DNA from: a virus
Taxonomy: Duplodnaviria > Caudoviricetes
IMG/VR virus record: IMGVR_UViG_3300033995_000182
Span: 1-32,966 of that record
Strand: one strand, 5' to 3'
Length of the DNA stretch: 32,966 bases
The notes below the pieces were generated by a model. That model had not been told where the DNA came from. It was given only the letters and a program-made list of their open reading frames with translations, and ran no database searches. The position numbers and the translations under genes are program-made. How positions within the stretch are numbered: the first letter of the stretch is position 1; each line of letters begins with the position of its first letter. Of this stretch, positions 5,663 to 15,245 are shown piece after piece.

Positions 5663-6148
5663 ATGATGATGAAGGATGACAACGTGGAAATCAGTATCAC
5701 CGGTATGGTCGGCAAGCGGAACGAAAAGGCCATGCTTGATGCGGCCGCCAGGTTCTTCGCTGAGCAGCTCATGGATCCTAGGATGGTTCGCAACCTCAAG
5801 ATCAACATCGAGGTCCGCAAAGGCATTGACATCGACGGTGAGTGCGTCAATGAGGACGGTATTCGCAACCCACGATGGTTCACCATCGGCCTCAAGTATC
5901 AAGACATCAACGAGATGATCAAGACTCTCGGTCACGAGATGGTGCATGTCAAGCAGCATGCCAAGAACGAACTTCAGACAGGTATTTTCGTTGCCTCACG
6001 TGGTGGCCACAATATGCACAACCGCTGGCAGGGTACGATCTGGAAGCCGAAGGCTAAGGAAGATGCCTACTTCGATTCTCCTTGGGAGATCGAGGCGTAT
6101 GGCCGTGAAGTCGGCCTCTTCTATAAGTGGAATGCTTACAACGTCTAA
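5663..6148 (+). CDS. Zincin-like metallopeptidase domain protein
   Basis: TLGHEMVHVKQ (HExxH) and SPWEIEAY motifs. Confidence 0.8.
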   Translation: MMMKDDNVEISITGMVGKRNEKAMLDAAARFFAEQLMDPRMVRNLKINIEVRKGIDIDGECVNEDGIRNPRWFTIGLKYQDINEMIKTLGHEMVHVKQHAKNELQTGIFVASRGGHNMHNRWQGTIWKPKAKEDAYFDSPWEIEAYGREVGLFYKWNAYNV

Positions 6149-6164
6149 TATGAAAGGTTATATT

Positions 6165-6272
6165 ATGAATCACCCTCATCAACGTGAACCGTTTGATGGC
6201 ATGCCTAAAGTGGGTTGTCTTGGTTTTGTAATTTTCTTTGCCCTACTGTTTTTTTTGTTATGGAGATTTTAG
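6165..6272 (+). CDS. Small membrane peptide (35 aa)
   Basis: AAGG SD; hydrophobic C-terminus. Confidence 0.5.
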   Translation: MNHPHQREPFDGMPKVGCLGFVIFFALLFFLLWRF

Positions 6273-6316
6273 TTCAACCGATCTTCGCGAACGTATCAAG
6301 AAAGCTAAGTAACTCG

Positions 6317-6324
6317 TATAAATA
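6317..6324 (+). promoter_or_regulatory. Late promoter
   Basis: TATAAATA upstream of a hairpin leader and the EF-hand/hsp20 genes. Confidence 0.7.
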
Positions 6325-6379
6325 CTACCGGTCACGCCTAATGGGTGGCCAAATCTAAACTCGCTTAATAGGAGCATAT

Positions 6380-6631
6380 ATGAAAAGTGTAATTCTCGGT
6401 CTCGTGGCCGCAACTCTCATGACAACGCCAGCAGCAGCTACCTCGTGGAAGGTAGATCTCTTCGACCGTCTCGATGCTGACAGCAATGCAACCCTCACAC
6501 TTGAAGAACTTCGTCTTGCCGAGTGCAAGACCGATACTAAGATGTTCAAGTATGCAGACAAGAATCATGACCTGGTTCTGACTCCATCTGAGTATTTCAC
6601 AAACCGTGATCTGCTTGGTCGCTGCAAGTAG
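6380..6631 (+). CDS. Secreted EF-hand protein
   Basis: Signal peptide ending PAAA; two EF-loop-like 12-mers DADSNATLTLEE and DKNHDLVLTPSE; two Cys. Confidence 0.7.
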   Translation: MKSVILGLVAATLMTTPAAATSWKVDLFDRLDADSNATLTLEELRLAECKTDTKMFKYADKNHDLVLTPSEYFTNRDLLGRCK

Positions 6632-6636
6632 GGAGA

Positions 6637-7155
6637 ATGAATATGTTTGATACAAAGCCTTTCGACCGTTTCTTTGTAGGATTTGATCCTATCATGAAGA
6701 GGTTCGCCGAAGCAACCGAGCAGTCACTAAAGATTGCTCAAAACTATCCTCCGTACAATATCAAGAAGATTGATGAGAACAAGTACGTTATCGAAATGGC
6801 TGTGGCTGGTTTTGGTAAGCAGGATCTTGAGATCGAACTGGTTGATGACAAGCTCATCATCAAGGGCAGCAATGTCCACCAGGGTGAGCCTGCTCAGCAG
6901 GATTCGGATGGCGAATGGACCTGGCCAGCTATGCTATATCAGGGCCTTGCAATGCGTCCATTCACGCGTACGTTCAATCTTGCTGATAACGTAGAGATCT
7001 GCGGCGCCTCGCTGCTCAATGGCATTCTCAAGATTGCTCTGGAATCAATTATCCCAGAACATAAGAAGCCAAAGAAGATCAAAATTGATGAGGTAGAAGA
7101 TGATGTGTCTACACCTTCGACTGCTGAATTTTTAGCAGAACGCAAGGACAAGTAA
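6637..7155 (+). CDS. hsp20: Small heat shock protein Hsp20/IbpA family
   Basis: NYPPYNI, IEMAVAGF, GLAMRPFTRTF and NGILKI motifs. Confidence 0.95.
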   Translation: MNMFDTKPFDRFFVGFDPIMKRFAEATEQSLKIAQNYPPYNIKKIDENKYVIEMAVAGFGKQDLEIELVDDKLIIKGSNVHQGEPAQQDSDGEWTWPAMLYQGLAMRPFTRTFNLADNVEICGASLLNGILKIALESIIPEHKKPKKIKIDEVEDDVSTPSTAEFLAERKDK

Positions 7156-7162
7156 CTAAAAA

Positions 7163-7188
7163 GAAGGGGGAGCCGAAACTCCCCCTTC
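7163..7188. terminator. Terminator between convergent genes
   Basis: GAAGGGGGAG-CCGAAA-CTCCCCCTTC; the upstream A-run gives a U-tail on the minus strand. Confidence 0.8.
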
Positions 7189-7191
7189 AAC

Positions 7192-8370
7192 TTATCCCCA
7201 AGCAAAAAACTGTTTGGTCTTCTTAAGTCGATCATCTAAGCCGTGCGTTCCACCATTCACACGTTTTGTAATCTGTGTGATGACAACGTCGGTAACTCCT
7301 TTGTCTGCAATCGCAAACAAATTATTCTTTTTAAAGAACCAGAGGGCCGACTCAAATGCCAATTCACCAAGAAGCAAATCAGGATTTGTTAAAACGTCAG
7401 GCCGTTGAACTGAGGCGGCAAAAGCTGTATAGTTGTCTTTCCCGGTCAGTTGGATCGGGCCTCGACCACGAAACTTCCAGCCATCTCCAGAGGCTTCTGC
7501 CCCGTTCCCCATCCGATTAGCATATACCTTATTGGCAATCTTCTCAGGCTTACGAGCATATGGCTGTGCTACAGCAACACTTGTAAAGTACTTCTTGAAG
7601 ATTGTCGATAGGCCTTCAGCTGAGTAGTTGAGGTTCTCCGAGAACACCTTGAAGTTGCCTGATTCATGAGCACACTGACCGAAGAAGTGTGCTGCCTGGC
7701 CGTTGGTTAGTTTGAAGTAGTTTCTAGCCGCCTTATAAGTACCAGGTCCCCACTTACCGTCAGCAGACACACCACACTTAGTTTGGAGAGAAGCCAATGG
7801 ACCAAGACCAGATGGAGTTGCCTTTTGAGCAGTCTGCACAACAGTTACTTGACCAGTTGTTGCAGGAGACGCTGCGCCAGTTCGACCTGGAAGCGTCGAG
7901 GGATCAAAATCCTTCACCTGAGTGTACGTAGTACCACCGGCCTTAGACTTACTGGCAATCATACGCATCTTGCGGTTTCCGCCGGCCTTCTTAATCGAGG
8001 CATGGACCCAACCAGAATTCTTATCACCACTCGTATAGAACTCTAAGATTACCTGGTCAAACTCTAGGTTATCGGCAACCCAGTCAGCAACCTTCTTATT
8101 GTCAACACCCTTGACTTCGAAGTCAATTGCCTGTCCATTGACATGCTGTGATGTCTTTGACCCACCAACCGCCTTGTTGACTAGTGGTGCACGGTACGAA
8201 GAGTTGATTGTTACTGCACCAAAGTGTGCACGAACTGGTTCCAGAATCTTTTCACAACAATATCTCATGTTCTCGACGTGTTCTGGTGTAGGTGTGTTGC
8301 TAAGACCTAGTCTCTTAGCTGTAGGAGAAACAATCATTTCTTCTAGAGAAAAATTATCAGTCAACTTCAT
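7192..8370 (-). CDS. Bifunctional lysin: peptidase M15 + PG-binding motif + GH19 glycosidase
   Basis: N-terminal SSYR, SQH..GQAID and GWVH (M15); ADGKWGPGT; C-terminal HESG, FRGRGPIQLTGKDNY and TKRVNGG (GH19). Confidence 0.9.
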   Translation of the reverse strand: MKLTDNFSLEEMIVSPTAKRLGLSNTPTPEHVENMRYCCEKILEPVRAHFGAVTINSSYRAPLVNKAVGGSKTSQHVNGQAIDFEVKGVDNKKVADWVADNLEFDQVILEFYTSGDKNSGWVHASIKKAGGNRKMRMIASKSKAGGTTYTQVKDFDPSTLPGRTGAASPATTGQVTVVQTAQKATPSGLGPLASLQTKCGVSADGKWGPGTYKAARNYFKLTNGQAAHFFGQCAHESGNFKVFSENLNYSAEGLSTIFKKYFTSVAVAQPYARKPEKIANKVYANRMGNGAEASGDGWKFRGRGPIQLTGKDNYTAFAASVQRPDVLTNPDLLLGELAFESALWFFKKNNLFAIADKGVTDVVITQITKRVNGGTHGLDDRLKKTKQFFAWG

Positions 8371-8388
8371 CTTTTATTCCTTTATGTA

Positions 8389-8417
8389 TGTACATATATT
8401 CATACCTGTGCTATACT
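8389..8417 (+). promoter_or_regulatory. Early promoter for DNA polymerase
   Basis: TGTACA-N17-TATACT with extended TG. Confidence 0.75.
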
Positions 8418-8439
8418 TAATATTGGTCAAGGAGACATC

Positions 8440-10935
8440 ATGAATTTTTACACCAATATCACACGGCACAAGGGTAATATTCTGGTCCGTGGAATCAAGG
8501 ACGGTACGCCGTACAAGTTTTCCACCAAGTATAAGCCGTATCTATTTATTCCTTCTAATAAATCTACCGACTATACCAACCTGAAGGGTGAGTATGTCGG
8601 GCGCGTAGACTTTGACTCTATGTATGAGGCGCGTGAGTTCCTCAACCAGTACGATAATGTGAGTGGCATGAAGATCTATGGTCTCAGCGACTTTGCATAC
8701 CTGTACATATATGATAACTATCGAGGGCAGATCAACTATGATCCGGCCCAGGTTTCTGTTTGTTCTATCGATATTGAGACGGCCATTGATGGTGGTTTCC
8801 CTGATATCTCTATAGCTCAGAATGAGATTACAGCTATTACCATCGGCCGCAATGGTAACAAGATTTCCTTTGGTTGCGGTGAATATAAGGAGCACAAATC
8901 TAATGTCACATACTTCAAATGCAAAGACGAGTCTGCACTCCTGGAGTCTTTCCTCGGTGTCTGGTCAGGACCAGAGTTTAATCCTGACGTTGTCACCGGC
9001 TGGAACATCGAGTTCTTCGACATCCCGTACATTATCAACCGTATCAAGCGTGTTCTCGGCGATGATGCAGCCAATCGTCTTAGCCCTTGGGGAATCCTCA
9101 GGGACTATAAAGTCGAGATCCGCGGCCGCACCAATGTAGCATACACACCAGTAGGTGTTGCTGTCCTCGACTACATGCAACTTTATAAGAAGTTCACATA
9201 CGTTACTCGTGAGTCGTACAAGCTCGATCATATCGGTTCCGTTGAACTTGATATGCCCAAGCTTGACTACTCCGAGTACGAAGGTCTCGATGACCTTCGG
9301 TTGAAGAACTTTCAAAAGTACATGGAGTACAACATCCACGACGTTGAGATTGTGGAGAAGCTAGAGGACAAACTGAAGCTGATCGAACTGGTCTATGCCA
9401 TGGCATACGATGCTAAGATCAACTACAATGACTGTCTGGCATCCGTGAAGCAGTGGGATGTTATCACCCACAACTATCTCATGGATCGTAAAATTGTTGT
9501 CAACCCATTCGGTAAGACAAATGATTCTATACTTGTCGGCGGCCATGTCAAGGAGCCAAAGACCGGTTTGAGTAAGTGGGTTGTGTCGTTCGATCTTAAT
9601 TCCCTTTATCCCCACCTTATTATGCAGTACAACATCTCTCCGGAGACGTTTGTTACTCGTTTGAACGATAAGGTGACGGTTGACGACCTACTTGTTGGCG
9701 GCGCAGAGAAGTTCGGTGACTATCTTGATAAGACGAACTGTGCTCTCGCCGCCAACCTTTGTTTGTATTCAAAGGACAAGCGTGGGTTCCTTCCATCTCT
9801 TATGGAACGTATGTACAACGATCGTGTCCGTTACAAGAAGGAGATGATCGAGGTCAAGAAGGAGTATGAAAAGACTAAGAACAAAGATCTACTCAAGGAG
9901 ATTGCACGTCTTGATAACATGCAGATGGCCAAGAAGATCCAGTTGAACTCAGCTTACGGTGCACTTGGTAACAAGTACTTCCGCTGGTTCGATATCAACC
10001 ACGCCGAGGCCATCACCATGTCCGGTCAGTTGTCCATCCGTTGGATTGAGAAGAAGATGAATGAGTACCTCAACCGTCTCTTCAAGACCGAGAACATGGA
10101 CTATGTGATCGCATCTGATACCGACTCAATCTACATTACACTAGACTATCTTGTCCATATGATGTATCCTAACGGTGCACCTGATGTAGAACTTGTGAAG
10201 TTCATCGATGAGGCATGTAAGCAGAAGATCGAGCCGTTCATCGACCGTGCCTATCAGGAACTTGCCGACAACATGCATGCCTATGCACAGAAGATGCAGA
10301 TGAAGCGTGAGAACATCGCCAACAAGGGTATCTGGAAGGCAAAGAAGATGTACATCCTCAATGTCTGGAACTCTGAGGGTGTTCAGTACGACAAGCCGAA
10401 GCTGAAGATGATGGGCATCGAGGCGGTTCGTTCATCGACTCCTCCATCTTGCCGTGATGCCATTAAGAAGTCCCTTGAGATCATCATGAACGAAAGTGAA
10501 CAGGTACTGCACAAGTATGTTGCTGACTTCCGCAACCTGTTCAATACGCTTCCTTTCGAGGAGATTGCATTCACCAGTTCGGTCAAGGACATGGACAAGT
10601 ACTTCATTGCCGGTCAATTCCAGTCTGGTTGTCCAATCCACGTCCGTGGTGCAGTGGTCTACAATAAAATTATCAAGGACCTCAAGCTTCAGAATAAATA
10701 TGAAACCATTGGTTCAGGTGAAAAGATCAAGTACGCCTACCTTAAGAAGCCAAATCCGTCCAAGGAGCATGTCATCTCTTGCCCATCAACACTTCCTAAG
10801 GAGTTCGGTATTGGTCCGTTCATCGACCGTGAACTGCAATTTGACAAGGCGTACATCAAGCCTATTGAGTCAATCATCAACACTATCGGCTGGCACGTAG
10901 AGAAACGTGCAACATTGGAGGACTGGTTTTCATGA
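8440..10935 (+). CDS. gp43: Family B DNA polymerase, T4 gp43-like
   Basis: DIET exonuclease motif, GWNIEFFD, SFDLNSLYP, KIQLNSAYG and ASDTDS motifs; C-terminal TLEDWF clamp-binding tail. Confidence 0.98.
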   Translation: MNFYTNITRHKGNILVRGIKDGTPYKFSTKYKPYLFIPSNKSTDYTNLKGEYVGRVDFDSMYEAREFLNQYDNVSGMKIYGLSDFAYLYIYDNYRGQINYDPAQVSVCSIDIETAIDGGFPDISIAQNEITAITIGRNGNKISFGCGEYKEHKSNVTYFKCKDESALLESFLGVWSGPEFNPDVVTGWNIEFFDIPYIINRIKRVLGDDAANRLSPWGILRDYKVEIRGRTNVAYTPVGVAVLDYMQLYKKFTYVTRESYKLDHIGSVELDMPKLDYSEYEGLDDLRLKNFQKYMEYNIHDVEIVEKLEDKLKLIELVYAMAYDAKINYNDCLASVKQWDVITHNYLMDRKIVVNPFGKTNDSILVGGHVKEPKTGLSKWVVSFDLNSLYPHLIMQYNISPETFVTRLNDKVTVDDLLVGGAEKFGDYLDKTNCALAANLCLYSKDKRGFLPSLMERMYNDRVRYKKEMIEVKKEYEKTKNKDLLKEIARLDNMQMAKKIQLNSAYGALGNKYFRWFDINHAEAITMSGQLSIRWIEKKMNEYLNRLFKTENMDYVIASDTDSIYITLDYLVHMMYPNGAPDVELVKFIDEACKQKIEPFIDRAYQELADNMHAYAQKMQMKRENIANKGIWKAKKMYILNVWNSEGVQYDKPKLKMMGIEAVRSSTPPSCRDAIKKSLEIIMNESEQVLHKYVADFRNLFNTLPFEEIAFTSSVKDMDKYFIAGQFQSGCPIHVRGAVVYNKIIKDLKLQNKYETIGSGEKIKYAYLKKPNPSKEHVISCPSTLPKEFGIGPFIDRELQFDKAYIKPIESIINTIGWHVEKRATLEDWFS

Positions 10936-11162
10936 GTGATATTACAGAACTAGATGACTTTGACTTTGGATTTACCACCTCCTCAGAGGAGGAGATCAAA
11001 CAAGAAGGTAATGATAAGGCAACGGCAATGTACAATGCAATTATGCCACTTCTTACTAATTTGAAGAAGGATGCAGACAAGAATCCTATCATCAATTGGC
11101 CAGATCGTGGCAAGAAGATTGACATGTTTATTGCAAAACTAAATAAGATTCTTGCATCATAA
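10932..11162 (+). CDS. Hypothetical protein (76 aa)
   Basis: ATGA coupling to gp43; DDFDFGF and INWPDR motifs. Confidence 0.8.
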   Translation: MSDITELDDFDFGFTTSSEEEIKQEGNDKATAMYNAIMPLLTNLKKDADKNPIINWPDRGKKIDMFIAKLNKILAS

Positions 11163-11174
11163 TAAGGAGAACAT

Positions 11175-12272
11175 ATGTCATATTTATTTACTAGTGAATC
11201 CGTGTCAGAAGGTCACCCGGATAAAGTTGCAGATCTTATTAGCGATAGCATATTAGATTTACTCATGAGTAATCAAGACACTTCATATAGGTGTGCATGT
11301 GAAACATTAGTTACTACTAACCAGGTGATTGTTGCTGGCGAGTATAAAGGAGAACTAAATTCTTTAGATGTAGATAATGTTGTACGCGAAGTTATCAAAA
11401 ATATTGGTTATGAACAAGAAGGATTTGATTGGCGAAATGTAAAAATTACTAACTTAATGCACGGTCAAAGTCCTGATATTGCACTAGGAACTGATAATTT
11501 TGGTGCTGGCGATCAAGGACTGATGTTTGGATATGCATGTAACGAAACTGACAACTATATGCCAGCTGCACTTTATTATAGTCATAAAATTGTTGATGCA
11601 TTATCAAATGCTCGAAAATTAGGAACAATTGATTGGCTTGAGCCTGACGCAAAAAGTCAAGTCACTATAGAATATAATAATGATGCTACAGTCAAAAGAA
11701 TTGACAAGATTGTTTGTTCTACTCAACATCACCGTGATGTACAACTTAACGAATTACGGTTCGCAATTGAAAATCTTATTAGAGAGTTGTTTCCAAAAGA
11801 TTTGATTGACGATAAAACTAAGTTTTTAATCAATCCAACCGGGCGGTTTGTAATTGGTGGACCAGATGGAGATACCGGACTGACAGGCCGTAAGATCATT
11901 GTTGATACATATGGCGGTTATGCACCTCATGGTGGAGGTGCGTTTAGCGGCAAGGATCCTACTAAAGTAGATAGATCGGCTGCGTATATGGCTCGGTATC
12001 TTGCTAAAAATATCGTAGCAAGTAATAAAGCAAATTGGGCAACAGTACAATTAAGTTATGCAATCGGGATTGCGCAACCTATGTCTGTATATGTCGAGAG
12101 CGATAGGCACAGCAGGGAATTAACAGAATGGATTATCAAAAATGTTGATCTAACTCCAAAGGGAATTATTAAACATTTTGACTTATTTAGACCAATCTAT
12201 ACATCTACTACTAATTACGGTCACTTTGGCAAATCCTATCTGCCTTGGGAAAAATGTGATCTTTTTAAATAA
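11175..12272 (+). CDS. metK: S-adenosylmethionine synthetase
   Basis: FTSESVSEGHPDK, GAGDQG, GLTGRKII and GGGAFSGKDPTKVDRS motifs. Confidence 0.97.
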   Translation: MSYLFTSESVSEGHPDKVADLISDSILDLLMSNQDTSYRCACETLVTTNQVIVAGEYKGELNSLDVDNVVREVIKNIGYEQEGFDWRNVKITNLMHGQSPDIALGTDNFGAGDQGLMFGYACNETDNYMPAALYYSHKIVDALSNARKLGTIDWLEPDAKSQVTIEYNNDATVKRIDKIVCSTQHHRDVQLNELRFAIENLIRELFPKDLIDDKTKFLINPTGRFVIGGPDGDTGLTGRKIIVDTYGGYAPHGGGAFSGKDPTKVDRSAAYMARYLAKNIVASNKANWATVQLSYAIGIAQPMSVYVESDRHSRELTEWIIKNVDLTPKGIIKHFDLFRPIYTSTTNYGHFGKSYLPWEKCDLFK

Positions 12273-12276
12273 CTGA

Positions 12277-12305
12277 TGTACATTATTCGTAATTCGTGTT
12301 ATACT
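12277..12305 (+). promoter_or_regulatory. Early promoter for uvsX-41
   Basis: TGTACA-N17-TATACT. Confidence 0.75.
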
Positions 12306-12324
12306 GAGAATATAAGGAGAACAT

Positions 12325-13395
12325 ATGTCGGATCTACTAAATAAACTTCGCAAGAATACAACTATCAAGGACTCAGATATCCTAGCGGACTCTAAGTTCT
12401 TCAATGCCAAGGATATGGTTGCAACTACGGTTCCTGCCATCAACATCGCTCTGAGTGGTAAGATCAATGGCGGTTTTGTGCCAGGTCTCACTATCTGGGC
12501 AGGTCCATCGAAGCACTTCAAGACCTCGTTCAGTCTGCTCATGGCCAAGGCATACATGGACAAGTATGCAGATGCAGTCATGCTCTTCTATGACTCTGAG
12601 TTCGGTACTCCACAGTCATACTTCGACTCGTTCGGTATCGATACCTCTCGTGTCCTTCACACGCCTATCACCGACGTTGAACAGCTTAAGTTTGACATCA
12701 TGCATCAGTTCGAGGAGATCAAGCGTGGTGATCATGTCATCATCGTGATCGATTCGGTTGGCAACCTTGCATCTAAGAAGGAAGTCGAGGATGCTCTGAA
12801 GCAGAACTCTGCTGCCGACATGACTCGTGCCAAGCAACTCAAGTCTCTGTTCCGTATGGTCACCCCACACCTCAACCTAAAGGACATTCCTTTGGTCGTG
12901 GTCAACCACACCTACCAGACTCAGGAGATGTACTCTAAGGCGGTCGTGAGCGGTGGTACTGGCATCTACTACTCAGCTGACAACATCTTTATCATCGGCC
13001 GTCAACAGGAGAAGGACGGTAAGGAAGTTACCGGATACAACTTCATCATCAACGTCGAGAAGAGCCGGTTCGTCAAGGAGAAGTCCAAGATTCCTATCGA
13101 GGTATCATGGGACAAGGGTATCAGTAAGTGGTCTGGTCTTATGGACATGGCTATCGAGTCTGGTCATGTGATCAAGCCAAAGGTTGGCTGGTTCCAGAAG
13201 GTCGATATGGAAACCGGTGAGATTGATGCTAAGAACTATCGTATGGCCGATACATATGCGTTCGGCTTCTGGCATCCTATCCTGCTGTGCCCAAAGTTCA
13301 ATGAGTTCATTGAGAAAAAGTATGCTGTAGCTGCTGGTTCTATCATGCAGAGTGAAGATGTTATTGAAGATCTGGAACTGGAGGAAGACGACTGA
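12325..13395 (+). CDS. uvsX: UvsX RecA-like recombinase
   Basis: AGPSKHFKT Walker A, YDSEFG, IDSVGNLAS and SGGTG motifs. Confidence 0.97.
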   Translation: MSDLLNKLRKNTTIKDSDILADSKFFNAKDMVATTVPAINIALSGKINGGFVPGLTIWAGPSKHFKTSFSLLMAKAYMDKYADAVMLFYDSEFGTPQSYFDSFGIDTSRVLHTPITDVEQLKFDIMHQFEEIKRGDHVIIVIDSVGNLASKKEVEDALKQNSAADMTRAKQLKSLFRMVTPHLNLKDIPLVVVNHTYQTQEMYSKAVVSGGTGIYYSADNIFIIGRQQEKDGKEVTGYNFIINVEKSRFVKEKSKIPIEVSWDKGISKWSGLMDMAIESGHVIKPKVGWFQKVDMETGEIDAKNYRMADTYAFGFWHPILLCPKFNEFIEKKYAVAAGSIMQSEDVIEDLELEEDD

Positions 13396-14807
13396 TGAAA
13401 ATCGAAAACGTTATCTTTGGAAATCTTGTAAACAATGAGGAGTATGCTCGCAAAGTAATTCCATTCTTGAAGTCTGACTATTTCACTGATAACGTTGATC
13501 GTACCATTTTCGAACTCGTCGAGTCTTATGTTGCCAAGTACAGTACCTTCCCCTCTAAGGAGGCGTTGAGTATTGATCTTGGCAACAAGACTGGACTAAC
13601 CGATGACCAGTTCAAGAGTGCCGAAGGCATTATCTCTGAACTGGCCAAGAGTGATGATCGTGATGTGGCATGGTTGATCGACTCCACTGAGAAGTTCTGT
13701 AAGGACAAGGCTCTTTATAATGCTCTCATGGAGTCGATCAAGCTAGTTGATGACAATCGCAGCAAGGATGGCATCTCGGTTGGTTCTATTCCTCAGATCC
13801 TTACAGATGCACTGGCTGTGTCATTCGATCAGAGTATCGGCCATGACTTTCTAGATGACTCTGATGATCGATACGAGTTCTACCATCGTACCGAGGTGAA
13901 GATCCCGTTCGATCTGGACTTCTTCAACAAGATCACGAAGGGTGGCCTTCCGCGTAAGACTCTGAACATTGCTCTTGCCGGTACTGGTGTAGGTAAGTCT
14001 CTGTTCATGTGTCACTGCGCTGCTGGCAACCTTATGGCTGGTCTCAACGTCCTATACATCACCATGGAAATGGCTGAGGAGAAGATTGCTGAACGTATTG
14101 ATACCAACCTCCTTGGTATGACCACAGACGATCTCCGTGAGCTTACTAAGCCATCGTATGACAAACACATGAGTCGTGTCAAACAACGCGCCAAAGGCAA
14201 GCTGATCGTCAAGGAGTATCCTACTGCATGTGCAGGTTCGGCTAACTTCCGTCACCTCATCAATGAGTTGAAGATCAAGAAGAACTTTGTACCTGACATG
14301 ATCTACATCGACTATCTGAACATCTGCACCTCGTCACGTATCAAGGCAGGTTCTAACGTCAACTCGTACACGATGATCAAGGCGATCGCTGAGGAGCTTC
14401 GTGGTTTGGCTGTAGAGTGTAACGTTCCTATCATGTCGGCTACTCAGACAACTCGTACGGGCTTCTCATCATCCGATGTTGGTCTAGAGGATACCTCTGA
14501 GTCGTTCGGTCTGCCAGCTACGGCCGACTTCATGTTTGCACTTATCTCGAGTGACGAACTGAAACAACTCGGCCAGATCATGGTCAAGCAGCTGAAGAAC
14601 CGTTACGGCGATCCTGAGATGCACAAACGGTTCGTTATCGGTGTTGACTACTCTAAGATGAAGTTGTACAACACTGAGGAGTCTGCACAGACCGATCTTA
14701 TGGATGATACACCTATCTTCGATAAGTCAACGACCGGCCAGCGGTATGAGAACGACTACAAGCCTGCAACCAAGTTTGATAAGATAAAATTTGCAGGATT
14801 CAAGTAG
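13395..14807 (+). CDS. gp41: Replicative helicase, T4 gp41-like
   Basis: AGTGVGKS Walker A, IDYLNI, SATQTTR, SESFGLPATAD and QLKNRY motifs. Confidence 0.97.
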   Translation: MKIENVIFGNLVNNEEYARKVIPFLKSDYFTDNVDRTIFELVESYVAKYSTFPSKEALSIDLGNKTGLTDDQFKSAEGIISELAKSDDRDVAWLIDSTEKFCKDKALYNALMESIKLVDDNRSKDGISVGSIPQILTDALAVSFDQSIGHDFLDDSDDRYEFYHRTEVKIPFDLDFFNKITKGGLPRKTLNIALAGTGVGKSLFMCHCAAGNLMAGLNVLYITMEMAEEKIAERIDTNLLGMTTDDLRELTKPSYDKHMSRVKQRAKGKLIVKEYPTACAGSANFRHLINELKIKKNFVPDMIYIDYLNICTSSRIKAGSNVNSYTMIKAIAEELRGLAVECNVPIMSATQTTRTGFSSSDVGLEDTSESFGLPATADFMFALISSDELKQLGQIMVKQLKNRYGDPEMHKRFVIGVDYSKMKLYNTEESAQTDLMDDTPIFDKSTTGQRYENDYKPATKFDKIKFAGFK

Positions 14808-14999
14808 ATGGATTGGGAGAAGATATCTGTCAAACCCGAGCCACAGTGGTCGGTCATAAAACAGCCGGTATACAAGTGGAGATGTCAACTCCATCCTGGT
14901 ACCTACTGGATGGTCGAGGATCACCGGGTTCCTAATCGGTTTCATCGTAAGATGCAAGAGCTTTGTTTTGGTATTGTATGGGAGAAGATCAATGGTTAA
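14808..14999 (+). CDS. Hypothetical protein (63 aa)
   Basis: Directly abuts the gp41 stop and overlaps the next start. Confidence 0.65.
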   Translation: MDWEKISVKPEPQWSVIKQPVYKWRCQLHPGTYWMVEDHRVPNRFHRKMQELCFGIVWEKING

Positions 15000-15228
15000 C
15001 TACAAAATCGTAAATGAACATATGGTAATGGCAGACACTCTTGTCGGCTACGTTGAGATCGGTGGTGATATCGTCGAGACCAAGACAAACCAGATTATCA
15101 AATGTGGTTTGGGGATGAAGGAAGCCAAGGAACTGGTTCGGCATCTCAACTTTGGTGGTGGATTCGATGGTGAAACCCCAACATTTTTTTTAGTTAATAC
15201 TGCAAAAATACTAACTTCCAGTTATTAA
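14992..15228 (+). CDS. Hypothetical protein
   Basis: GGAG SD before ATG 14992; LNFGGGFDGETP motif. Confidence 0.7.
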   Translation: MVNYKIVNEHMVMADTLVGYVEIGGDIVETKTNQIIKCGLGMKEAKELVRHLNFGGGFDGETPTFFLVNTAKILTSSY

Positions 15229-15232
15229 CTTG

Positions 15233-15240
15233 TATAAATA
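15233..15240 (+). promoter_or_regulatory. Late promoter with no downstream ORF
   Basis: TATAAATA. Confidence 0.65.
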
Positions 15241-15245
15241 ACTGT

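Noticed and set aside
8542-14255. Many antisense and alternate-frame ORFs over core genes
   Set aside because: Explained by codon bias of the real genes; no SD or motifs.
8440-14807. Inteins, introns or split genes in gp43, uvsX or gp41
   Set aside because: The ORFs are continuous and of ordinary length, with no intein motifs seen.
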